DNA of 64,000 nt from a bacterium. Lineage in GTDB: Bacteria; Chloroflexota; Anaerolineae; Caldilineales; Caldilineaceae. Position numbers and translations under genes: made by a program. Positions 10,841 through 19,856 of the stretch are shown one piece after another. The notes below the pieces were generated by a model that ran no database searches, was not told the origin of the DNA, and saw only the letters and a list, made by a program, of their open reading frames with translations. The DNA is taken from the NCBI GenBank assembly GCA_016124945.1, contig WGMT01000060.1, positions 1,135 through 65,134 on the forward strand, given 5' to 3'. Each line of letters opens with the position of its first letter. Within the stretch, counting starts at the first letter, position 1.

Positions 10841-12565
10841 CTACTGATAGATGACCAGATTCGGCGTGATCTCCATGTAGCCTAGGTTTGGGTAGGCTTC
10901 CACCCCCAGAGACTGGGCTTCACTGAGCAACGGCTCATCCCAACGGTAGAAAAGCTTAAAGGCGACGAAGGGTGAATCCTCATTAACTAGGATGTTGTAC
11001 TTGCCGATCTTGCCCCAAGGGCCGCCCCAACCATCTACCGAAAGGGTCAGGGCCAGGCCAGGATAGGTGGGATCCAACTGATATTTGTTGACGATCATAT
11101 TGTCTTGAAATTGGTGGACAAGCAGGACACGCTGGCCGACGATCTCGTTTTCATCCATGTACTGCTGGATCGCGGCCTGCGTCTCGTTAACCGATTCAGC
11201 GGTGACAAAGCCGATGGGGTCCCCAGGCCATCGTTGACCAGGACGCACCATGGCGAATTCGGGATCGATGGCGAGGTGCACATTTTCATGGGCCAGGTAA
11301 GCCAGCGCAGGGCTGATCGACTGTGCCGGGGTCAACGCACCGATCTGCACATCTAAGATCACGGCGTAGTCGAGTTCCTTGGCTTTGGAGATGTAGGTCA
11401 TCACTGTCTCGTCATCAAGAAAAGCCAGGTAACTACCGTCACCGGGGGCTTTAGTCGCCATGCCATAGACGAGATGGAAGGCCGGTTTCACCGTTAGTTC
11501 AGGGCCATTGGCAAGATCGTAGGCCGTCACCTGTTCTTCGAGTCGCAACGCCAATTCGTCTACATCGAACTCACCCAGGATGCCCATGACAGGCACATTG
11601 GGGCGCCCGTAATAGGTGAGCCAGGTCTGATTGTAGAAAGGAGAATCGGGCGTCATTTGCTGGGCAAAGAGCGTCATGCGCTCGGTGATCGTCCCCCGCG
11701 CTTGGATCGGCGGCGCAGTGAACGGTGTCACCCCTTCGGGCAGCGTGCCGTCGGAAGCGGGGATGAGCAACGTCCACCCCACCCTAATGATGTCGGGATC
11801 CGGCAGATCATTGGCCGCTTGCAGCGTCTCTACATCGATGTTGTAGGCAATTGCGATGCCGCCCAGGGTGTCACCGGGCTGCACCACGTAGGTGGCGGCC
11901 TGCCGTGTAATCTCTACACTGCCTGTAATCTCCACTGCCGGCGTGAGGGTCGCTGTAACGGTCACAGTGGGCATCGCAGTGACCGTGGGCGTCATTGTAA
12001 CCGTAGACGTTGTTACAACGGTTTCAGTGGCGGTTGCCTGGGCAGTGGCGGTTGATGTGGGTGACGGCGTGAATGTAGGAGACGGCGTTAATGTCGGCGG
12101 TTGTGTGGCTGTTGGCAACGGTGTGGGAGACGAGGTGGGAGACGGTTGCGGCGTTACACTTCCCTGCACAGGGAAACGGCCTGCGTCCTCGGGCCAGCGC
12201 AGGGTGATCACCTGGCCGGGCGCGCCCAGTCGTCCTATACGCTGTCCGTCTACAGTTACGTCGACGCCGCCAGCATTGCCGATGAGAATGGTGATCTGTT
12301 CACCCGTCCAACTTTCCTGACGACCGGCTTCTATAATGCCGTAATAGCTTTGTTCGCCATCGACTGTGGCCTCGATCCAACTACGCGACGTCACGTCCAC
12401 AGTAACGGTATAGCGCTGTTGCAGCGACGGAGCGGCGGCAGCGTGGCGCAATCCACCGAGCAAAAGAACAGACAACAATGTTGCACAAACAAAGGCATGG
12501 AACATTGGCATGGGCACACGGCGGACAGCGGCGGTTGCAGTAAAGTTGGTGCGGAGAAATTGCAT
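10841..12565 (-). CDS. Secreted multidomain protein: RodZ-C/DUF4115-like domain, Thr/Pro linker, LysM domain, uncharacterised C-terminal domain
   Basis: Signal-like N-terminus. DUF4115-like block (ITILIGNAGGVDVTVDGQRIGRLGAPGQV), a TPSPT-rich linker and LysM (YVVQPGDTLGGIAIAYNIDVETLQAANDL). About 290 further residues have no motif I recognise. Confidence 0.7.
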   Translation of the reverse strand: MQFLRTNFTATAAVRRVPMPMFHAFVCATLLSVLLLGGLRHAAAAPSLQQRYTVTVDVTSRSWIEATVDGEQSYYGIIEAGRQESWTGEQITILIGNAGGVDVTVDGQRIGRLGAPGQVITLRWPEDAGRFPVQGSVTPQPSPTSSPTPLPTATQPPTLTPSPTFTPSPTSTATAQATATETVVTTSTVTMTPTVTAMPTVTVTATLTPAVEITGSVEITRQAATYVVQPGDTLGGIAIAYNIDVETLQAANDLPDPDIIRVGWTLLIPASDGTLPEGVTPFTAPPIQARGTITERMTLFAQQMTPDSPFYNQTWLTYYGRPNVPVMGILGEFDVDELALRLEEQVTAYDLANGPELTVKPAFHLVYGMATKAPGDGSYLAFLDDETVMTYISKAKELDYAVILDVQIGALTPAQSISPALAYLAHENVHLAIDPEFAMVRPGQRWPGDPIGFVTAESVNETQAAIQQYMDENEIVGQRVLLVHQFQDNMIVNKYQLDPTYPGLALTLSVDGWGGPWGKIGKYNILVNEDSPFVAFKLFYRWDEPLLSEAQSLGVEAYPNLGYMEITPNLVIYQ

Positions 12566-12750
12566 TGTGTATTCACTCCTTCAGGGGTCAGTTTTGCAGG
12601 TTTGTCATTTTCGCAGATTTGGGTATGATTGTCCATACATCCCCCCAAAACCCTCGGGTTCATTTGCTCTTTGGATATCGTTCGCGCGCCACTGCGAAGT
12701 GTGTCCACCCTGTCCAACTCAAATTTGAATCGTTCTACAGGAGAATTGCG

Positions 12751-13347
12751 ATGCGTCTGCTTGGCAAGTACGTGCAATTCATCGACGCGTTGACCGAACG
12801 TGTGGGCTGGCTTTCGATGCTGATAGCCGCGCTGACCGTATTTGTAGGCTTCTACAATGTGGTGGCTCGCTTCGTTGGGCGCTACATTGGCGTACAGTTG
12901 TCGTCGAATATGTTTATCGAATTGCAGTGGTATATGTTCTCATTGGTCTTCTTTTTGAGCTTTGCCTACATCCTGAAGAACGGCATCAACGTGCGCGTAG
13001 ACTTTATCTACGCCAAGTGGTCGAAACGGCGTAAGGCGACGCTGGATTTCTGGGGACATCTCTTCTTTTTGCTGCCATTTTGTGTGATTGGCATCTGGTT
13101 CACGATCAACCCCGTCCTCTCTTCGTGGGGGCGGTTGCCCAACGGCGGCTGGGGCCCCTGGGAGCTGTCGCCCGACCCTAGCGGGTTGCCGCGTGCGCCG
13201 ATTAAGTCGATGATCATCGTGGCATTTTCGCTGCTCTTGTTGCAAACCACCGCCGAACTGATCAAGTTATACGCCATTATGCGCGGCCAGGAAGATCTGC
13301 TGGAAATTCGCAGCGCAGACAGTGATGCCCCACTTCGTATCGAATGA
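12751..13347 (+). CDS. dctQ: TRAP transporter small permease subunit
   Basis: The ORF is open from 12565. ATG 12751 is preceded by CAGGAG. The product is a 198-aa 4-TM protein sitting immediately upstream of dctM. Confidence 0.8.
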   Translation: MRLLGKYVQFIDALTERVGWLSMLIAALTVFVGFYNVVARFVGRYIGVQLSSNMFIELQWYMFSLVFFLSFAYILKNGINVRVDFIYAKWSKRRKATLDFWGHLFFLLPFCVIGIWFTINPVLSSWGRLPNGGWGPWELSPDPSGLPRAPIKSMIIVAFSLLLLQTTAELIKLYAIMRGQEDLLEIRSADSDAPLRIE

Positions 13348-13440
13348 CTTAGTAGTTTTCTCGCTAAGTTCGCGGAAGGTTGCGAATTTAGCGAGAAAAC
13401 CACTAAGGGTATCGAATAACCTAGGGTATCGAGTTAACCA
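13348..13440. repeat. Structured dctQ-dctM spacer: 20-bp inverted repeat starting 1 nt after the dctQ stop, plus an imperfect 17-bp tandem duplication
   Basis: CTTAGTAGTTTTCTCGCTAA (13348-13367) pairs with TTAGCGAGAAAACCACTAAG (13388-13407) with one mismatch. GGGTATCGAATAACCTA / GGGTATCGAGTTAACCA lie at 13407-13440. Confidence 0.8.
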
Positions 13441-13533
13441 ACTGTATAGGTGTGACGCACCTACCCACCGATTAACCTTGTTGTACCGTCCACTACCAGG
13501 GGCTTCGACTATCCCCACCCGAAAGGACATTTT

Positions 13534-14874
13534 ATGGGGTTTGAATGGCTGGCTGTCCTCATGTTCGTTGTCTTTTTTGTGTTGATCCTCTATGGGTATC
13601 CCGTCGCCTTCTCGTTCGCAGGCACGGCAATTGTCTTTATGCTGATCGGCCTGGCGTTGGGTGCGTTTAACTTCAATTTGCTGCGGCTGTTGCCTAATCG
13701 TTGGTTCGGCACTATGTCGGATTTCACCTTGTTGGCGATTATCTTTTTCGTCTTCATGGGGGCAATCTTCGAAAAATCGGGGCTGGCCGAACGATTGTTA
13801 GAGACGGTGGGCATTTTGATGGGGCCGGTTCGCGGTGGATTGGCGCTGGCTGTGGTGCTGGTGGGGACGCTTCTGGCGGCGGCGACTGGTGTGGTGGCGG
13901 CGACGGTAATTGTGATGGGCTTGCTCTCGCTACCGATGATGGTGCGCTACGGCTACAACCATCAACTGGCTACAGGGATTATCACCGCATCAGGAACGCT
14001 GGCCCAGTTGATACCGCCCAGCCTGGTGCTGGTGATCTTGAGCGATCAGCTCGGGGTGTCGGTGGGCGATCTTTTCTTGGGTGCGCTGATCCCGGGGCTG
14101 ATTTTGTCGGGGCTATATGCGCTGTACGTCCTCTTTATTGCGCTCATCCGCCCACAAGACGCCCCCGCGCTGCCGCCTGAGGCGCGCACGTTGAAGGGGG
14201 CAGCGCTGGCACAGCGGGCATTGGTGGCTGTCGTACCGCCACTACTGTTGATCTTTGCTGTGTTGGGCAGTATCTTCTTTGGGTTGGCCACGCCCACTGA
14301 GGCGGGCGCAGTGGGTGCATTCGGCGCTTGTCTGCTGGCGATGTTCAACGGCAATCTCAACTTGCGCCTGATTCGCGATGCAGCACGCTCCACCGCAAAC
14401 ATCACAGCGTTGGTAATTATGATCCTCTTCTGCTCCACCTACTTCGGGCTGGTCTTCGATGGGCTGGGTGGGCAGAATTTTGTAAAAGAATTCCTGGTGA
14501 ACTTGCCGGGCGGCTTCTGGGGCTTCATCATTGCAGCCAACATTATCATCTTCTTGTTAGGGATCAACCTGGAGTTTATCGAGATCAGTTTTATCGCCAT
14601 GCCTTTGCTGGTGCCTGCGGCCCGCGAACTCGGCGTGGATCTAGTCTGGTTCGGCGTGATGATGGCGATCAATTTGAACATGGCCTTCATTTCACCACCG
14701 GTCGGCTTTTCGCTCTTCTATCTGCAAAGCGTGGCCCCACCAGAGGTAAAAACCATCGACATCCATAAAGGTGCGCTCCCCTTCATGGTGCTCCAAGGAA
14801 TGGCGCTGATCATTGTGATCCTCTTCCCGCAGACGGTCAATTGGTTGATACAGGCAGCGAACGCAGCGCAGTAG
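13534..14874 (+). CDS. dctM: TRAP transporter large permease subunit
   Basis: 446-aa polytopic ORF typical of DctM. Follows dctQ. Confidence 0.9.
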   Translation: MGFEWLAVLMFVVFFVLILYGYPVAFSFAGTAIVFMLIGLALGAFNFNLLRLLPNRWFGTMSDFTLLAIIFFVFMGAIFEKSGLAERLLETVGILMGPVRGGLALAVVLVGTLLAAATGVVAATVIVMGLLSLPMMVRYGYNHQLATGIITASGTLAQLIPPSLVLVILSDQLGVSVGDLFLGALIPGLILSGLYALYVLFIALIRPQDAPALPPEARTLKGAALAQRALVAVVPPLLLIFAVLGSIFFGLATPTEAGAVGAFGACLLAMFNGNLNLRLIRDAARSTANITALVIMILFCSTYFGLVFDGLGGQNFVKEFLVNLPGGFWGFIIAANIIIFLLGINLEFIEISFIAMPLLVPAARELGVDLVWFGVMMAINLNMAFISPPVGFSLFYLQSVAPPEVKTIDIHKGALPFMVLQGMALIIVILFPQTVNWLIQAANAAQ

Positions 14875-14970
14875 AAATGAGTAAGGAGAAATGAGTAAGG
14901 AGTAATTTATTGACGACATGGTTCCTCCATTGGGAGCACCTCGTCAACACGAATTTACTCCTTACTCATT
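14874..14970. repeat. 14-bp tandem repeat GAAATGAGTAAGGA x2 plus a 16-bp inverted partner, exactly filling the gap between the convergent dctM and dctP stops
   Basis: Tandem copies at 14874-14901; the first nt is the last nt of the dctM TAG. AATGAGTAAGGAGTAA (14890-14905) is the reverse complement of 14955-14970, which ends 5 nt from the dctP stop. Confidence 0.85.
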
Positions 14971-14975
14971 ATTTC

Positions 14976-16109
14976 CTAGCTTTCTGCCCGCGACTTAATG
15001 TACTGGTTAAAGGAGAACTCGTTGAGATTGCTCCAGCCCGAGACACTGGCGCGGAAGGCGTTCCATTGCTCGTAGATGGCGGCAAAGTCGGCGTCGGATG
15101 CGGCGAATTCTTCGTAAAGACTCATAGCGGCATCGTAGGCGGCGTTGAGGATCTCTTCACTGTACTGGCGCAATTGGGTGCCCGAATCAAGCAAACGCTG
15201 CAGCGCCGCGCCGTTGCGCGCTTCGTAGCGCGAAAGCATTGTCAGATTGGCCTCATAGGCCGCCGTACGAACGATCTCCTGGTATTCCACAGGCAAGTTG
15301 TTCCACTCGTCGAGGTTGATCTCCACTTCCAGGGTTGGCCCCGGTTCCCACCAGCCGGGGAAGTAGTAGAATTGCGCCACTCTGTTCAGCCCCAAGATCT
15401 CATCGTCGTACGGACCTACCCACTCGGCGGCGTCGATGGCACCTGTCTGCAATGCCTGGAAGATTTCGCCGCCGGGCACCACCTGCACCGTTGCCCCCAA
15501 ACGGTTCATCACCTCGCCACCCAGGCCGGGGATGCGGAATTTGATCCCCTGCAAGTCGGCGGCGGTGTTGACTTCGTTGCGGAACCAGCCGCCCATTTGC
15601 GCGCCGGTGTTGCCTGCGGGGAATTGGATCACATTGAAGCGCTCACGATAGAAATTCTGCATCAATTCCAGGCCGCCGCCTTCGTAGAGCCAGGCGTTCT
15701 GTTGCTGCGCCGTCAAACCGAAGGGCAAAGACGTGCCAAAGGCCACTGCCGGGCTTTTGCCGGTGTAGTAGTACGATGCGGTGTGTCCACAGGGCACAGC
15801 ACCCTGCGAGACAACATCCAACACCTGTAAGCCAGGGGCAAGTTCACCTGCCGCACGAGGTGAAATGGTAAACTTGCCATTGGTCATGGCGCCCACCCGT
15901 TCGGCAAAGACCTGCGCCCCGCCAAAGATCGTGTCTAGCGACACAGGCCAACTGGTCGCCATCTGCCAATCCAACGTAGGCAAAGACGGATTCTCAGCAA
16001 CCGCCTGCTGCACTTGCGCCGCCGGCAAAGTTGTACAGCCGGCTGCACCCAAAGCGGCCACACCCAAAGCACCCTTTGAGGCCAAACCCAAAAACTCTCT
16101 ACGCTTCAT
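14976..16109 (-). CDS. dctP: TRAP transporter solute receptor (DctP type), Tat-lipoprotein signal
   Basis: The ORF is open to 16193. ATG 16109 has AAGGAG upstream and yields [25 protein letters not shown] (twin-Arg plus lipobox). The body matches the DctP/COG4663 type by eye. Confidence 0.85.
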   Translation of the reverse strand: MKRREFLGLASKGALGVAALGAAGCTTLPAAQVQQAVAENPSLPTLDWQMATSWPVSLDTIFGGAQVFAERVGAMTNGKFTISPRAAGELAPGLQVLDVVSQGAVPCGHTASYYYTGKSPAVAFGTSLPFGLTAQQQNAWLYEGGGLELMQNFYRERFNVIQFPAGNTGAQMGGWFRNEVNTAADLQGIKFRIPGLGGEVMNRLGATVQVVPGGEIFQALQTGAIDAAEWVGPYDDEILGLNRVAQFYYFPGWWEPGPTLEVEINLDEWNNLPVEYQEIVRTAAYEANLTMLSRYEARNGAALQRLLDSGTQLRQYSEEILNAAYDAAMSLYEEFAASDADFAAIYEQWNAFRASVSGWSNLNEFSFNQYIKSRAES

Positions 16110-16315
16110 ACAATTCTCCTTGTCACCCAAATGATTGAAAATACAAACGACCAAGGCGTCAAACGAGGATTCTGCCCCGCTCGTCTCAACCAACCACGTT
16201 TGCCCCCGGCGCGGGAAGCCAAGGACAAGTCAGTTTCAAAGCTAAAAACGTGAGGCAAGGGGAAGTTGACCTATTGTAATCGGATGTAGGACGTTGTCAA
16301 GTCGATTTTGCCGAC

Positions 16316-16376
16316 GGACGACAGACGACGGACGTTAAGCATGTTGCCGCCAACAGTCGTCTGTCGTCTGTCGTCC
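16316..16376. repeat. Inverted repeat GGACGACAGACGAC / GTCGTCTGTCGTCC, with GTCGTCT heptamer reiteration
   Basis: 14-bp arms at 16316-16329 and 16363-16376, in the dctP / rlmD-like divergent spacer. Confidence 0.75.
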
Positions 16377-16395
16377 TCTGTAGTACAATACCCTC

Positions 16396-17535
16396 ATGCA
16401 ATCACCCCACATCGAACTCGAACTGGAATCAATGACGCCGAGCGGAGATGCATTAGGGCGTGCCGACGGGATGGTGGTCTTTGTGCCCTTTGGCGTGGCC
16501 GGCGAACGGGTAAGCGTGCGGCTTGTGCAGCACAAAAAACGCTTTGCCCGCGGTGAGATCGTGGAGATCCTGCGCCCCTCGCCACAGAGGACATCCCCGC
16601 GCTGCGCCTACTTTGGCCGTTGTGGTGGTTGTGAATGGCAACACATCGACTATCCAGCACAGGTGACGTACAAAACCGCCATTGTCGAAGAACAATTTCG
16701 GCGCATCGGCCGCTTTGAAGACGCAGAGGTACGCCCCTGTCTGCCCAGTCCTTCGGCGTACAGGTATCGCAGCCGGGCGCGACTGGCGCGTTCAGAGCGC
16801 AACCGTCCTGGTTATCGGGCCGCTCAATCCCATGCCGTAATAGAAGTAGAAGATTGCCCAATCCTGGAGGACAGTCTCAATCGCAAACTGCATGGCGTTG
16901 TAGAAAGCGGGCTGAACAACAGACGCGGTGATTGGGAACTGCGCCCCGACACAGAGACAATCCAGGTGGGCGAGTTTGAGTATCGGGTATCGCCCGACTC
17001 GTTTTTCCAGATCAACCTGCCCATTGCCACACAGCTCGTAGACGAAGTGATGGCGCGCCTGCAACTTACCGGCAAAGAACGGGTGTTGGATCTCTACTGT
17101 GGGGTCGGCCTCTTCACCCTACCCATCAGCTTAAACGCCGCCACAGTGACAGGCGTTGAGTTTAGCCCGACGGCCACCAACGATGCGCAATACAACCTGG
17201 CGGCGCTGTATCGCCTCCACCCCCACATGGCACAGTCAACCGTCCTTACCGGCGCAGTGGAAGAGACCCTCTCCCACGCCGAAATTGTGAACACGTCCTG
17301 GGACGTGATTCTTGTCGATCCGCCCAGGGCCGGCCTCGATGGGATCGCATTGGCTCAGATTGTGGACCTATCGGCGCCGCGCATTGTCTACGTCTCCTGT
17401 GATCCGGCCACCCTGGCGCGCGACGCCCGCGTCCTCGTAGACGCGGGCTATCACATGGGCGAAGTTCAGCCACTCGATATGTTTCCGCAGACGCATCATG
17501 TTGAGTGTGTAGTTGGATTTTCAACACACATCTGA
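16396..17535 (+). CDS. TRAM-domain 23S rRNA (uracil-C5)-methyltransferase, RlmD/RumA family
   Basis: TRAM N-terminus, a Cys cluster (CAYFGRCGGCEWQH), SAM fold, and the motifs DPPRAG and VSCDPATLARD. Confidence 0.85.
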   Translation: MQSPHIELELESMTPSGDALGRADGMVVFVPFGVAGERVSVRLVQHKKRFARGEIVEILRPSPQRTSPRCAYFGRCGGCEWQHIDYPAQVTYKTAIVEEQFRRIGRFEDAEVRPCLPSPSAYRYRSRARLARSERNRPGYRAAQSHAVIEVEDCPILEDSLNRKLHGVVESGLNNRRGDWELRPDTETIQVGEFEYRVSPDSFFQINLPIATQLVDEVMARLQLTGKERVLDLYCGVGLFTLPISLNAATVTGVEFSPTATNDAQYNLAALYRLHPHMAQSTVLTGAVEETLSHAEIVNTSWDVILVDPPRAGLDGIALAQIVDLSAPRIVYVSCDPATLARDARVLVDAGYHMGEVQPLDMFPQTHHVECVVGFSTHI

Positions 17536-19302
17536 GCGTACAAATCCGACCTTAACCGCCAGGCGATGCAATTCCTGGAAACGTCTACGCCGCGGACCAC
17601 CGAACACACTAAGCCCGAAGCGTTCATAGATCAAGGTGATGTAATTGCGAATCGTCTTTTCTGAGCGGCTCAGCCTTTCGGCAATGGAACGGCGATCCAA
17701 ACCATCTAGGTAGAGTCCAAAGGTCGCCAGGAGGACAGGATTGGCGATTCCCTCCCCACGAGTTGTCGAGAGCAGCTCAGCCAAATCGGGCAGCCGTTGT
17801 ACTTGTAACCGACCATTGGCGAACAGCTCGACCAAAACCCCATGAACAGGCCCATCAGCCGCAGCGAGAATCTCGTTTAAGAATTCCATATTGAGCAAAG
17901 AAAGGGCATCTGCGGCCCGGCGACGCGTAATGGGTTCAGGGTGGCGGAGTAGACGCTGCAATGCAGAGATCGCCTCTTTTCCCAGCCGATTCACTAGGAT
18001 GCGCTCAGCCAGGCCGGCGTGAAGATTGGCCACAAACGCATGCGCACAGACAGCAGACATGATCTGCGGATGCCACCAATGGGGGTAATAGTCAACGTTC
18101 CACTCAGCAGCCCAATCGAAAGCCAGTGTCATCTCCTCTTCGGCAAGTTTGATCTGGTCACGCTGCAAATGAAGATAGGCCAGGTGACAACGCAGGGCAA
18201 AGATGGAAAGCTCGTCGCCCGACGTCTGATAAAATTGGAGGCTTTGACGCAGCAATTGTTCGGCATCTGCATAGCGAGAGGTGAGGCTGTAGAGAGCGGC
18301 AAGAAATGTATTAAAGCTGGCGGCCTGACCGCGGTCGCTCGTTGCTAAGGCACGAAATATCCGTTGCCGCGCGGTGGCATAGTCCTTGGTCAGCACGTTA
18401 AGCCAGGCCCAATTCACCTCAATCCACGGCCGAAAGAGCAAAAAGTCAACATCCAGCAACACGGCATCGGCCTCCTGGTAACAGGCCTCAGCTTCGGCGT
18501 ACTTTCCTAACCCGCGCAACACATTGGCCAGCGCCAGCCGCTGGTAGATCTGATACTTGCCCAGGTTTTCTTCATCGGCGTGGGCAACGGCGCGCCGCCC
18601 AAGATTCGCCGCAATCTCGAAATTCCCCTGGTACCAGTGATGATGAATCTCGCCGTTGAAATGCCAGGCCACTGTCCATGCCCGCTGCCCAGAGAGTTGA
18701 ATATGGCTCCGCGCCATGCCCAGATAGGCCGCCGCCATCTGAAAGCGCCCCATCTGACGCGCCAATGCGCTGATCAGAAGCATGACATCCAATTGACCAT
18801 CAATATTGTGGCTTAATCCAAAGTGGCGTAGCGCCTGCTGCCCAAACTCAAGCCCCTGGATCAACTGCCCCACATCAGGGGCGAGGCGCGCCAGACCAAG
18901 GTAGGCTTTTGCCTGTGCCTCAGACGGCAATCCCGGGTAGCGACGCAGCAGCGTTGCCACTTCTTCGGTGTAGATGACGGCTGAACCCAGATCCTCTCGG
19001 AGATGATGGATTCGTCCAAGCAGGAGACAGGCATCCAACTCACCCACGACCGACCCTACATGGTTGTAGGCGCGGCGAGCCGCTTCTGTGTGGCTCAGTG
19101 CACCGGACAGATCACCGGCAGCAAGCAAAGACATTGCCCTGGCGAGCAATTCATCTGGGCTATTCGGCTGTACTAAAGACGAGGCAGATCCATCCATGAT
19201 GGGCAGTTTCCCTGAAATGAAGGCATGGGGAAAAAACGCCCGTGGCAGTGAGGAGGAGATCGAAGAGGGCATCCTCGATGATACCACACCCGCAGCCAAC
19301 AC
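17521..19302 (-). CDS. LuxR-family transcriptional regulator with TPR-like helical repeats
   Basis: C-terminal HTH (SIAERLSRSEKTIRNYITLIYERFGL) and a long helical-repeat body. The start is uncertain (ATG 19197 is an alternative). The 3' end overlaps the convergent rlmD-like gene by 15 nt. Confidence 0.7.
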   Translation of the reverse strand: MLAAGVVSSRMPSSISSSLPRAFFPHAFISGKLPIMDGSASSLVQPNSPDELLARAMSLLAAGDLSGALSHTEAARRAYNHVGSVVGELDACLLLGRIHHLREDLGSAVIYTEEVATLLRRYPGLPSEAQAKAYLGLARLAPDVGQLIQGLEFGQQALRHFGLSHNIDGQLDVMLLISALARQMGRFQMAAAYLGMARSHIQLSGQRAWTVAWHFNGEIHHHWYQGNFEIAANLGRRAVAHADEENLGKYQIYQRLALANVLRGLGKYAEAEACYQEADAVLLDVDFLLFRPWIEVNWAWLNVLTKDYATARQRIFRALATSDRGQAASFNTFLAALYSLTSRYADAEQLLRQSLQFYQTSGDELSIFALRCHLAYLHLQRDQIKLAEEEMTLAFDWAAEWNVDYYPHWWHPQIMSAVCAHAFVANLHAGLAERILVNRLGKEAISALQRLLRHPEPITRRRAADALSLLNMEFLNEILAAADGPVHGVLVELFANGRLQVQRLPDLAELLSTTRGEGIANPVLLATFGLYLDGLDRRSIAERLSRSEKTIRNYITLIYERFGLSVFGGPRRRRFQELHRLAVKVGFVRSDVC

Positions 19303-19415
19303 CTAAATGGATAGAACGGCCTCGTAATCTTCTTCTAACGTAGCATTTCAGGTACGACACGTCGGCCAGGAGAACACCCGAACATTTGCATTTTTTCCGC
19401 ATCGACGCGGTTCAC

Positions 19416-19739
19416 TTACAGGGGGTAGATCCACACCGTAATCCGTACCGCCGTGCGCTCAAGCCCAGGAGAATCTTCAACAGTCACAAATGACGGCTGT
19501 TGCACAAGATCCAACCCTTCTTGGGCAAGGTAAGAACGAGCAATAATCACAGCTTTTGTGGCCTGGTAAACAGCTGACATGCCAATCGCCTGTACATAAA
19601 TGACAGTGTGTTTACGCAGTGCTTTGGCGATGGAACCAGCAAGCGCCGGTGCCGGCGAATTGGAAGAAACCCGTAAGATCGGCACACTGGTTTCGGCAGA
19701 AGGCAGGGGAAGTGAGGAAAAACTACGTTCATCGGTCAT
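19416..19739 (-). CDS. spoVS: Stage V sporulation protein S family protein
   Basis: LRVSSNSPAPALAGSIAKALRKH..VYVQAIGMSAVYQATKAVIIARSYL is a clear SpoVS fold sequence. ATG 19739 has GAGGAG upstream; the ORF is open to 19826. Confidence 0.85.
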   Translation of the reverse strand: MTDERSFSSLPLPSAETSVPILRVSSNSPAPALAGSIAKALRKHTVIYVQAIGMSAVYQATKAVIIARSYLAQEGLDLVQQPSFVTVEDSPGLERTAVRITVWIYPL

Positions 19740-19856
19740 AACGGCTCCTCTGCTGGAGAGATGGCTGAAGCCCAGACTTAGGGCGGTAGGTTCTCCGACT
19801 CTACCACGCAGAGGAAACAAGGTCATGGGACATTAAGTCCCGAAGGGATTGTAAGG

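Noticed and set aside
14910-15830. A 306-aa plus-strand ORF.
   Set aside because: It is entirely antisense to the well-supported dctP gene, has a low-complexity Arg/Gly/Val-rich translation and has no Shine-Dalgarno. This is a typical shadow ORF in GC-rich coding DNA.
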